A DNA stretch of 64,000 nucleotides from Spirochaetia bacterium. GTDB lineage: Bacteria > Spirochaetota > Spirochaetia > SZUA-6 > Bin103. Each line of letters starts with the position of its first letter. The stretch's first letter is position 1. Of the stretch, positions 1-8,884 are shown piece by piece. A program made the position numbers and the translations under genes. A model generated the notes under the pieces. It was not told the origin of the DNA, searched no databases, and saw only the letters and a list, made by a program, of their open reading frames with translations. The DNA lies in assembly GCA_965198005.1 (NCBI GenBank), contig CBDAOI010000001.1, positions 246,332-310,331 of the forward strand, given 5' to 3'.

Positions 1-82
1 AGGCAGTACCCAGTGGCTTCTCCTTCCGCAGCTTGGTAAAGAAATCCGCCAGCCGGCCCCGTCGCTTGGGCTCGTTATTCAT
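1..82 (-). CDS. ABC peptide transporter permease (DppC/OppC type), N-terminus only; runs off the window
   Basis: ATG at 82 overlaps the upstream permease stop; reads MNNEPKRRGRLADFFTKLRKEKPLGTA, a typical OppC N-terminus; position fits SBP-permease-permease order. Confidence 0.75.
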   Translation of the reverse strand, partial: MNNEPKRRGRLADFFTKLRKEKPLGTA

Positions 83-1034
83 ACCGCACGCTCGGGTCTA
101 AATAAGGATAGATCAGGTCTATTATTAGATTGATCCCCATAACCGCGGTGGCGAAAAACAGGTTTATTCCGGAGACCACCGGGTAGTCTCTCGCGTTGAG
201 TGCATCTAGCATGAGACGCCCCAACCCCGGCAGGTTAAATATGTTCTCCATGATAACGGAGCCACCTACCAGGATGGGCAACTGCATGCCGATCAGGGTA
301 ACTACCGGGATGAGCGCATTTTTGACGGCATGTCTCACAATAACTACCCTCTCCTTGAGACCCTTGGACCAGGCCGTCCTGATGTAGTCCTGCCGGAGCA
401 CCTCCAGCATCATGGTGCGCGTCATCCGCATTGTGGCTGCAGCCGAGGCCGTCCCCAGAATCAGGCTGGGAATGATGAACATGCTGAGATTCCCCAGTGG
501 GTCTCCCGTGAAAGAAACCAGCTCCATCGGTGGCGACCAGCCCCACCAGATTGCCGGGTAGATCATGACCATCAGGGCCAGCCAGAAGTTAGGCGTTGCC
601 AAGCCGATGATGGCGAAGGAGCGCCCCAGGTAGTCAGGGGCGGTATCCTGACGAATCGCCGAGTAGATGCCGACGGGCAGGGCTATCAAGAGGCCGATCA
701 CCACCGCCAGGAGGCCCAGCTCAATGGTTACCGGCAATCTATCTAATATCCTCTCCTCTATCGCATAACCGCCAAACAGTGATTCGCCAAGGGTGCCGTG
801 CAGGAAGATGCCTCCTAACCAGCGTCCATACTGTACGTAAACAGGCATGTCTAATCCCAGCACACGCCTAACAGATTCACGGTCAATCCCTCCGCCGACA
901 AGCCCTTCCATCCTTATCTCCATTACGTTTATTACGTCGCCGGGGATGAAGCGGACCGAGAGAAAGACCAGGATGCTCAGGATGAACAGGGTGGGGATGA
1001 TCAGCAACAACCGCCTGATGATATAGGCTTTCAC
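75..1034 (-). CDS. ABC peptide/nickel transporter permease (DppB/OppB type)
   Basis: 319 aa; YIIRRLL N-terminus, EAA-loop region DYIRTAWSKGL, C-terminal RDYPVV...YLDP. Confidence 0.95.
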   Translation of the reverse strand: MKAYIIRRLLLIIPTLFILSILVFLSVRFIPGDVINVMEIRMEGLVGGGIDRESVRRVLGLDMPVYVQYGRWLGGIFLHGTLGESLFGGYAIEERILDRLPVTIELGLLAVVIGLLIALPVGIYSAIRQDTAPDYLGRSFAIIGLATPNFWLALMVMIYPAIWWGWSPPMELVSFTGDPLGNLSMFIIPSLILGTASAAATMRMTRTMMLEVLRQDYIRTAWSKGLKERVVIVRHAVKNALIPVVTLIGMQLPILVGGSVIMENIFNLPGLGRLMLDALNARDYPVVSGINLFFATAVMGINLIIDLIYPYLDPSVRYE

Positions 1035-1058
1035 GGGGACACCTTATTCAATGAGTGA

Positions 1059-1098
1059 GGGGCTGGGAGGCGCGCTCCGAACGCAACCTCCCAGCCCC
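1059..1098 (-). promoter_or_regulatory. Intergenic stem-loop between SBP and permease genes, likely mRNA-stabilising or attenuating
   Basis: 12-bp perfect inverted repeat GGGGCTGGGAGG (1059-1070) / CCTCCCAGCCCC (1087-1098); no U-tract. Confidence 0.55.
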
Positions 1099-1129
1099 CT
1101 TTCCACGTAGGTCAGAAGGGGTGACCTCC

Positions 1130-2983
1130 CTAGTGACCCATTGCTTCCTTCAGCTCCTGGTCAATCCAAAGGTGGACGAGGACGTCACGAACGCCCGACT
1201 CTTCCAGCATCATTTCACCGTTAAAACCTTTGACCCATGGCTGGTTCGCCTGAAACAGTGGAGCCATAGGACCCCATATCTGATTGTGCTGCTTTATTAG
1301 GAGCATATCATACTCTTTAAATGCCTTGAGCTGCTCCTCATGGGTGGTAGCGGCGAAAAAGGCATCATAGGCGGCGGTCAGCTCAGGGGTCTCGATTCCG
1401 CCCGAGTAATCGCGAAGTAACTGGATTGACCCTCGATAAAAGCCTACCCATATGGATGGTAATATATGTTGGGCCATGTCGCCAGTGCTCATGTCCCAAC
1501 GAAGTAGGTCTTCCTGGGGGACATCCTCGGTACGCGCGCCCACACCCCTGCGCTCGAACGCCCAACCTTGCGTGTCATATATCTCAATCTTTACACCAAC
1601 GCCAATCTCCTCCCAGTAACCGACAGCTATTTCTCTATAGCCTAAATCTATGATGTCGCGGTGGTCATAGTCGACCTTGAATCGAACGCCGTCCGCGCCC
1701 CGCGGATATCCAGCCTCATCAAGCAGCTTCTCGGCAGCTTCCGGGTCATAGGTATAGTATTGCTTGAGCTCTTCGGGATAGTCTTCAAATGTGGTGACAT
1801 ATGGCTTGACGGCAATCCCCCCCATAGGTTCCCACCTTGCATAACCGCCGAAGTAGGTATTGTTAATCGTTTCGAGGTCCAGTGCCATCTGCAATGCGTG
1901 GCGCACCCTGATGTCGTCAAACGGCGGCTTGCGAATGTTCAGAGTAAAGGCGTTAAACGACCGCTGGAAATATGGCCATATCTCGATTTCGGGGTTCGTC
2001 CGCTGGAGGCTCCCTACCACGTCGAGGGAATTTATAGCGGCGCCGCCGCCGGCTTGACTTATTATGTCAACCTTACCCGTGCGTAGTGCCGACAGACGTG
2101 TTGCTTCTTCGGGCATAAGCAGGGCCCTCATCTTGTCAATATAGGGCAAGCGGTTCTCCGGGTATTTTGGGTCGTAGCCCCAGTAGTCAGGATTCTTGTC
2201 CCAGGTGATAGAGACGCCTTCGACATAGTCCGTCAGTATAAGGGGCCCGGTGCCGACCACGTTCTTCCATTCCTCATAGTTGCCGTATTTCTCGATTACC
2301 TCGGGGGGTAATATCCACTGCATACCTTCGCCGATGATAACTCTTAGCGCATTGAGGGATGGCTCCGTCAGCTTGATAACAACCGTATATTTTTCGGTGG
2401 CCTCGATCGATTGCCAGGGCAGGTCGATCGCTGCGTAACTCATGAGCGGACGTTCGGTGAAGTCGCCCAGAGCGTTATTACGCTGATAGGTATATACGAC
2501 ATCATCGGCTGTGAGTTCCCGCCCGTTTACTAAGCGGCTGGCCTCACTGTCTTGATCAAGGGCGTAGTGAACACCCTGACGGATGTGGAAGATGTAAGTC
2601 AGTGGGTCGGGACTTTCCCAGCTTTCAGCCAGACGTCCTACGTAGGCAAACATAGGCAAGTAAGTGTTTCTAAAGTCACTTACCTTCCTATCTATTCCCC
2701 AGTCCGCCCAGGCGAGATGCTCATTAACCGAGCCGATTAGGTGTTGAGCCGCGCCGCCAGCTTGAAACGGGTCAGTAGTCTCCCCAACAAGTGTGTGGGG
2801 ATAGGTCAATGTGCCGCCGTATTCTGGCGCGGTCACCGCCTTGCCGGTCGTGGGGTCGGTCACGTACTTCTTGTCGGCGGCTACTGCCGGCTCCTCTTCA
2901 GCGCCGCCGGCCCATAGGCCGGTTGCGGTCAGGACGAGGACCAACGCAACCGCGAAGGTCTTCGTCATTCGTACAATATTCAT
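1130..2983 (-). CDS. ABC transporter substrate-binding protein, family 5 (DppA/OppA type)
   Basis: Signal peptide ending TGLWAG, YGGTL, GTGP, PPFDDIRVRHALQMALD motifs; GGAG RBS before ATG 2983; GC visibly lower than core genes. Confidence 0.93.
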   Translation of the reverse strand: MNIVRMTKTFAVALVLVLTATGLWAGGAEEEPAVAADKKYVTDPTTGKAVTAPEYGGTLTYPHTLVGETTDPFQAGGAAQHLIGSVNEHLAWADWGIDRKVSDFRNTYLPMFAYVGRLAESWESPDPLTYIFHIRQGVHYALDQDSEASRLVNGRELTADDVVYTYQRNNALGDFTERPLMSYAAIDLPWQSIEATEKYTVVIKLTEPSLNALRVIIGEGMQWILPPEVIEKYGNYEEWKNVVGTGPLILTDYVEGVSITWDKNPDYWGYDPKYPENRLPYIDKMRALLMPEEATRLSALRTGKVDIISQAGGGAAINSLDVVGSLQRTNPEIEIWPYFQRSFNAFTLNIRKPPFDDIRVRHALQMALDLETINNTYFGGYARWEPMGGIAVKPYVTTFEDYPEELKQYYTYDPEAAEKLLDEAGYPRGADGVRFKVDYDHRDIIDLGYREIAVGYWEEIGVGVKIEIYDTQGWAFERRGVGARTEDVPQEDLLRWDMSTGDMAQHILPSIWVGFYRGSIQLLRDYSGGIETPELTAAYDAFFAATTHEEQLKAFKEYDMLLIKQHNQIWGPMAPLFQANQPWVKGFNGEMMLEESGVRDVLVHLWIDQELKEAMGH

Positions 2984-3496
2984 AACGAACTCCATAGAGT
3001 AGTTTTTTGAGAGTATTGCGTAGCGGATTACCGCTCCCTGGCTACTCTCGGGCCCGCAACGCGGACGGCCAGTCTGAGTCAGATTCACTAAGCGCGCGGG
3101 GTGTGACTCTACGGGCTCACGCCGCGCGCGCGTGCGGTTCTTTGAGTATCATTCGAACCTCCTTCTTCTCTAGATCTACGTCGGGATCTGCGTTACAACC
3201 CCACGCGGGGCGGTGGCCGGCGAAGCAGCGAGTCTGAATGGCCGGCAACGCCGGCGGTGAGTTTTGCCGGCAGTCAGTCGCAGGCGGGGATCCGGGACGG
3301 TTGCGATCGCCGGGAAGGGCGTGGCCGGTCCGCATGCCGGTTTGGCGATGGGCCGAGCCGGCGCAACCGATAGCTATAGCTACGGCGGTGGTGAAGGCGC
3401 CCGCGTGCGCGGGGTCCCGTACGCGGCGATCAGCCGGAGCGGTTAGTTGTTTGTCGGTTCGAAAAAAGTGGGGGGGGGGGGGATGCACCGGCTGTG

Positions 3497-4071
3497 TCAC
3501 TGCCAACCGACCACTGCGCTGACTGTCATCATGGCGCTTCATCGGCATCCGTTCGATCCCCGAACTCCCTATCGTCACAGGCTCGCCTGACCATGTCAAG
3601 CGCGGACTCCGGCCTTTCCGGCCGCCCGCCAGCGTAGCCGCCACCGGAGGTGGTGACGTTGCGGTCACCGCCAACGGGCGACTGCGCTGACTGTCATCAT
3701 GGCGCGTCATCATCGATCCGTCGAACCCCAGGCGAGGCCAGCTTGCTACGGACGCGGCCACCCTGTCAACGACTCGGAGGTCAACGAACGTCACTGCCAA
3801 CGGGCGACTGCGCTGACTGTCATCATGGCGCGTCATCATCGATCCGTCGAACCCCAAGCGAGGCCAGCTTGCTACGGACGCGGCCACCCTGTCAACGACT
3901 CGGAGGTCACCGACCGTGACCGCCAGCCGGTCACTGCGCTGGTCGTCGCGGCGTTTCGCGTCGGACCCCAAGCGAGGCGAGCTTGCTATGGACGCGGGCA
4001 CCCTGTCAACGACTCGGAGGTCACCGACCGTGACCGCCAGCCGGTCACTGCGCTGACTGTCTTGATGGCGC
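3497..4071. repeat. Degenerate tandem array with five copies of a ~42-bp core
   Basis: ACTGCGCTG anchor at 3513, 3681, 3807, 3933, 4047 (spacings 168, 126, 126, 114); units 2-4 are homologous over their whole length. Confidence 0.9.
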
Positions 4072-4135
4072 TCCATCCGCATCTGATCAACCCGAATCAA
4101 CATGTTCCACGGGCGACTCAGAAAAGTCAACAGCG

Positions 4136-4198
4136 CCCTTTGAACTGCTGGGCATCCATTCGGACGGTGGTGGGGAGTTCATCAACGCCCATCTGCTG
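4136..4198 (+). pseudogene. Tiny DDE/rve integrase-core transposase remnant
   Basis: Reads PFELLGIHSDGGGEFINAHLL, matching the SDNGxEF catalytic motif. Confidence 0.55.
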
Positions 4199-4587
4199 CC
4201 ACATCTGTGACGTCGCAGCAGTGGCGCGCACCAGCGGGAGGGTCGGGAGCTCCACGAAGTCATCAGGGCCTGCGGGGAGCACCGCAGTAGATTAGGTTAG
4301 CGGGGTGCGCTGGAAGTCGCTTTCCGCCATCGGCCGGCCGTCGGATGAGGGGTAGTGGACCTTGGCAGGAGCGAGCAGCGGGCTGGCCATGGGCTATCCT
4401 CCATTCCACCATAGCATACCACAGGTCAACTGTCGAGCGCACCCCAAGCGACACCGGCAGCACCGCCGCCGCGGAGCCGCGGGTCGAGCAGGGCGCGTAG
4501 GACATCCCCGGATCGATTGGGCTGATCGCGCTTGACTGCGGGCCATCGTCGCCGAAGAGGTCGCCACCGCCATCGGCCGGCCGTCGG

Positions 4588-4660
4588 TGTACTGCCGACC
4601 CTCACGGCTCAGCATCGTGCCCCAACTCGGCACGTCCGGCGGCAGCCCGAACCCCAGAAA
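4588..4660 (-). pseudogene. dppC-type permease fragment
   Basis: FLGFGLPPDVPSWGTMLSREGRQY, same peptide as in 6400-6470. Confidence 0.85.
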
Positions 4661-4739
4661 GCGATCGGATCTCTTCAATCGTTGTCTCACACACGACAGT
4701 GTCGACCTCCTCCGCCGTCCTCAGCCTTTGAGGCAGCGA

Positions 4740-4872
4740 AGAGCAGGTTGATCCCAGAACGGGTAGTCGCGATCGATCAGGGCACCGATCATCAGCCGTC
4801 CCAGCCCGGGGATGGCGAACATCTGCTCCATGATCACCGCGCCGCCGACGATGATCGGTAGCTGCAGACCCA
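4740..4872 (-). pseudogene. dppB-type permease fragment
   Basis: GLQLPIIVGGAVIMEQMFAIPGLGRLMIGALIDRDYP, homologous to the C-terminal part of 75..1034. Confidence 0.85.
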
Positions 4873-4943
4873 CTAATTTAATTTCTTGATCTCACGACGC
4901 GCGTGATGTTACTTTGTTACAAAGATACGTTGGAGGTGGCGTG

Positions 4944-5519
4944 ATGCCAGTCATTCGCATTTCGGCGCAAGCGCTGGAGCGCCTCAAGGAGTGGGCGGAA
5001 CCGCTCACGGACACCGCGGAGTCGGCTCTCGTCAAGGTTCTGGACGCCGCCGGCCATGAATCCTCGCCGGCTGCGGACCGGGGCACGGCTGCCCCCGATC
5101 GACGGGCAACGCGACCGCGCAGCGGAAACCGCCTTAGCCTGGAGGAGCTCCGTCAACCGCTCATGGAGACCATCTACGAGATGGGCGGTTCGGTCCGCGC
5201 CGGCGCGTTGCGTCCCGTCATGAGGGAGCGCTTGTCCGGCCGTCTTTCTTCTGATGACCTCGAGTCGCTCTCATCAGGCGAGGAACGATGGTGGAACGCC
5301 ACTCGATGGGAGCGCCGCCAGTTGGTGGAGGAGGGCTTGCTGCGGAGTGATTCGGAGCGCGGCACGTGGGAGCTCTCTGAGAAGGGAGCGAGCCTCGTCG
5401 AAACGTCGTTCGAGAAGATGCCGGCGAGCTTCATCGATCATCTCCTTGCGCTGCCTGACGTAGGCGACGATGCCGACTTCGACCAGCCGCGTTCGGGGCC
5501 GCGACCGGTTGAACCGTGA
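4944..5519 (+). CDS. Putative antitoxin with central Mrr_N-like winged-helix domain and acidic VapB-like tail
   Basis: GGAGG RBS; RWWNATRWERRQLVEEGLL...RGTWELSEKG is Mrr_N-like; tail SFIDHLLALPDVGDDADF; GTGA overlap with the PIN gene. Confidence 0.7.
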   Translation: MPVIRISAQALERLKEWAEPLTDTAESALVKVLDAAGHESSPAADRGTAAPDRRATRPRSGNRLSLEELRQPLMETIYEMGGSVRAGALRPVMRERLSGRLSSDDLESLSSGEERWWNATRWERRQLVEEGLLRSDSERGTWELSEKGASLVETSFEKMPASFIDHLLALPDVGDDADFDQPRSGPRPVEP

Positions 5520-5944
5520 AGTATCTCCTCGACACGAATGTGGTTTCCGAGCTGCGCAAGCGTGATCGCGCCAACCAGTTCGTCACCACTTGGTTTCGGG
5601 AGCGCAAACCCAGGGAACTGTTCCTGAGCGTCCTGACATTGGGGGAACTGCGGCGCGGTGCCGAACGTGTAGCCCGCCGCGACCCGCGCTCCGCCGTCGC
5701 TTTGCGCGCCTGGCTGGACCAAACCCGTACCCGGTTCCGGGAGCGTATCGTGAACGTGGATGGCACGGTGGCGGATCAATGGGGGCGGCTCGGCATTGTC
5801 GATCCCCTGCCGGACATCGACAGCCTCCTCGCCGCCACCGCACTGGTGCACGGAATGACCGTCGTGACGCGAAATGTCCGTCACATCGCTCCAACCGGAG
5901 CACCGCATTTCAACCCGTTCGAACCCACAACAGATCCCGACTAG
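5516..5944 (+). CDS. vapC: VapC-family PIN-domain toxin
   Basis: YLLDTNVVSE, ELRRG, DSLLAATA, VVTRNVRH motifs. Confidence 0.93.
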   Translation: MKYLLDTNVVSELRKRDRANQFVTTWFRERKPRELFLSVLTLGELRRGAERVARRDPRSAVALRAWLDQTRTRFRERIVNVDGTVADQWGRLGIVDPLPDIDSLLAATALVHGMTVVTRNVRHIAPTGAPHFNPFEPTTDPD

Positions 5945-6188
5945 ACTAGACTAGACTATGGGGCGCGTTCGAACCGGCCCAGCGGACGAACCCTGTGCGC
6001 CGATGGCAATCAAGCCTCCAACCCGCGACAGCGCAACTTCCTCGGAGTGGAGTCCATGTACTCGTTTGACGGGCAAACTGTTGTATGTCGGCGGCGTGCC
6101 GGCGCAGCAGCTCGGCGACATCTTCGGTAGTGCAATTGGTTAGGGAAGGGGGGACATGTACTCCGTAGCTTCGAGAGAAGGGGAGGGC

Positions 6189-7176
6189 TCAGCGCGATCG
6201 TTCCAGCTTCTGCAGCGCCTTCGTTGCGCGCTCGGCGGCGCGCGCGCCTACCCCGCCGCCGCCGGCCGCCGCCGCCGCCGCCGCCGCGCAGCCGCGGGTC
6301 CAGCAGGTCGCGCAGCGCGTCGCCCACCATGTTCAGGCAGTACACCACCAACGTCAGCGCCACCCCCGGCCACATCGCCAGCCGCGGCGCCATCTCCATG
6401 TACTGGCGCCCCTCCCGGCTCAGCATCGTGCCCCAGCTCGGCACGTCCGGCGGCAGCCCGAACCCCAGAAAGCTCAAAGACGCTCCGCGATGATCGCCCA
6501 GCCGATCGTGATCGAGTAGATGATGATGATCGGCGCCGTGATGTTCGGCCACACGTGGCGCAGCAGCGTCCGCCACGACGGGCTGCCGATCGCATGCGCC
6601 GCCTCGAAGTACGGGTTGCCCTTGATGCCGATCACCGCCCCCCGCACCACCCGCGAGTTGGCCACCCCGGAGGCCAGCCCCAGCATGCCGATGATCTGCG
6701 GGATGCCCTGGCCGATTATGGTCATGATCGTCAGCAGCAGCAGCAGGCCCGGGAACGACATCCAGGCGTCCACCAAGCGCTGCACCGCCAGGTCGAGCTT
6801 GCCGCCCACGAACCCCGCCACCCCGCCGATCAGCAGCGACACCACCACGCTCAGAGTGGTGGCGGCGAACCCCACCGCGAGCGACACCCGCGCCCCGTAC
6901 AGCAGGCGGCTGAAGAGGTCGCGGCCGATGTGGTCGGTGCCCAGCGGGTAGGTGCTCGACGGCCCCTTGAGCCTGTCGATCATGGTCATGTCCATGAAGT
7001 GGAACGGCGCCAGCAGGTCGGCGAAGATCGCGACCAGGCACAGCAGCAGCACGATCGCGCCGCTGACCGCGCCCACCGGCCGCTCCCTGACCAGCCGGCG
7101 CAGCAGGTCGCGCAGAAACGACTGGCCCTTCGCCCCCTTCGGCCGGTAGCGCCTGCGGCGCGGTCAGGTCACCCAT
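6189..7176 (-). pseudogene. dppC-type permease with about three frameshifts
   Basis: LGTDHIGRDLFSRLLYGARVSL and GDALRDLLDPRLRG lie in different frames; shifts near 7133 (G run), 6483 and 6265 (GGC run). Confidence 0.85.
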
Positions 7177-7184
7177 AACGGCTC

Positions 7185-7341
7185 CCGGTCCGAAAGTGCC
7201 GGCCGCCGTGCCCGGCCGCGTGCGTCGTTGTCATCGTCGTCCGTGTCACGGAGTAACCGTGCCCTGGTCCGAAGGTGCCGGCCAGCGGGCAACGCAAGTG
7301 TTTCGATTTCATCGTCTTCCATGTCACGCAGCGACCGTGTC
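7185..7341. repeat. Two tandem copies of a ~78-bp dispersed repeat
   Basis: Units start at 7185 and 7264; the second aligns without gaps to 35240-35315. Confidence 0.8.
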
Positions 7342-7344
7342 CCC

Positions 7345-7497
7345 TCACCCGTACTGGACGCGAGGGTCCAGGTAGGCGTACAGCACGTCGACCAGCAGGT
7401 TGATGACCATGACCGCGACGGCGAAAAACAGATTGATGCCTGAGATGATCGGGTAGTCGCGATCGAACAGGGCGTCGATCATCAGCCGTCCCAGCCG
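7345..7497 (-). pseudogene. dppB-type permease, 3' end only
   Basis: LGRLMIDALFDRDYPIISGINLFF...YLDPRVQYG*. Confidence 0.88.
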
Positions 7498-7690
7498 CTT
7501 GTCGGGGTGGACGATGGCGGTCTGCAGGATGTCGTGGTGGTAGCGTACGGTGCCGTTCTTGGTGGCGGTCAGACAGCACTCACAGTTCACCTGGTACGAG
7601 CTGAAGTACTGGGAGCCGTCCATGGTGATGAGGTAGCGACCGTCGAGGAACTGGTAGTGCTGCAGCCATTTGGTGTACTGCATGCGCTGG
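7498..7690 (-). mobile_element. DDE transposase internal fragment, fused in frame to the dppB tail
   Basis: YLITMDGSQYFSSYQVNCECCL...YHHDILQTAIVHPDKR resembles the region around the first catalytic Asp of IS4/ISNCY-like transposases. Confidence 0.65.
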
Positions 7691-7699
7691 GTCCAGCGT

Positions 7700-8482
7700 A
7701 AAGCCGATGACACACCGGCATGGCTGTACGTCTTGCTGGAGCACCAGTCGACGCCGGACCCCTGGTTACGGCTGCGGCTGCTGAAGTACAGTATCAGGAT
7801 CTGGGAACGGGATCGGAAGCAGCACCCCGATGAGGAGCACCTGCGCCCGATAGTGCCGCTGGTGTTGTATCAGGGCAAGCACGGCTGGAGCCCCGCGCGC
7901 GAGTTCTCGGAGCTGTTCGCTGCGGCAGTCCGAGGTTGGCCGGGAGTGCCGCGCTACGCGCATCTGTTGATCGACCAGACGAAGGTGGGGCCAGACGAGT
8001 TGCGCGGTGAGTTGCGCGGTCGCATCGCGCAACTGGCGCTGATGGCGGCGTACCGGACGAGCTGGGCGGTGATGCAGCGGTTGGTGCCGCTGATGGCGCA
8101 ACTGGTGCAGGACGGGGGCATCGACGAACTGCGACAGATCGTAGTGTACATGGCGGCCACGACGAGGGAACCGGAGCGCTGGCACAGATTCGCGGAGGCG
8201 GTACGGCGACACGTACCGGGAGGTGGAGAACTGATGAACAAGACGCAGGAGATGCTCGAGATTTACGGCGAGGTGATAGAGCAGGAGGCCCGTCAGAAGG
8301 GCCGTCAGGAAGGCCGGCAGGAAGGCGTACTGACTCAGGTGCGAACCATCGAGGGATTGCTGGGCCGAGATGTCCCGTGGTCCACGATAGAAGCGACCAC
8401 TGGAATCGACGAGGCCGCATTTGGACGGCTCAAGCAGCAACTGGAGACCGCCGGCGGCAGCACCAACCATCCCATGCGATGA
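7700..8482 (+). pseudogene. Rpn/YhgA-family PD-(D/E)XK nuclease, 5'-truncated
   Basis: YVLLEHQSTPD, IVPLVLYQG and GRQEGRQEG motifs; the N-terminal part is replaced by a transposase remnant. Confidence 0.85.
8234..8482 (+). CDS. Putative intragenic RpnS-type small antitoxin (82 aa)
   Basis: In-frame ATG at 8234 preceded by GGAGGTGGAG; covers the C-terminal helical domain. Confidence 0.55.
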   Translation: MNKTQEMLEIYGEVIEQEARQKGRQEGRQEGVLTQVRTIEGLLGRDVPWSTIEATTGIDEAAFGRLKQQLETAGGSTNHPMR

Positions 8483-8589
8483 ATAGTGACGTTTCAGATA
8501 GCCGAGTCGGCGCACGGTCGACGCAGCCGATCGCGCAGGCAGCGAACATTTTCGCAGGAATTATACATATGGGTGGACGGCCGTTCTTT

Positions 8590-8660
8590 GCGTTCCAGCC
8601 TCTGCAGCGCCTTCCGGGCGCGCTCGGCCGCGCGCGCGCCTACCCCGCCGGCCACCGCGC
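8590..8660 (-). pseudogene. dppC-type extreme 3' fragment
   Basis: GGVGARAAERARKALQRLER, a near copy of 6195-6262. Confidence 0.7.
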
Positions 8661-8884
8661 CGCCACCGCCCGTCACCAGCCGTGGCACTTCAGTACCCTG
8701 TTCGACCTGTTCGACAATGATACTCTGGCGCTGCGTTGTCGTCTCCCGGCCGGCAGCAAGGGGGTCATGGGTACTCCATTCGTATGGGCGTAGGTCTCAA
8801 ATTGACCGGTCAAGGCAGCACGGCCGTGTGCCAGCTCGACCATGCGCGGGCGCGGGCGCATCCCGCCGGCAGGTGGCGCGGCCG

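Noticed and set aside
3497-4071. CRISPR array
   Set aside because: Intervening sequences are homologous to each other and too long, repeats are degenerate, and no cas genes are present
5939-5958. (GACTA)4 microsatellite at the vapC stop
   Set aside because: Lies at and after the stop codon; no evident consequence
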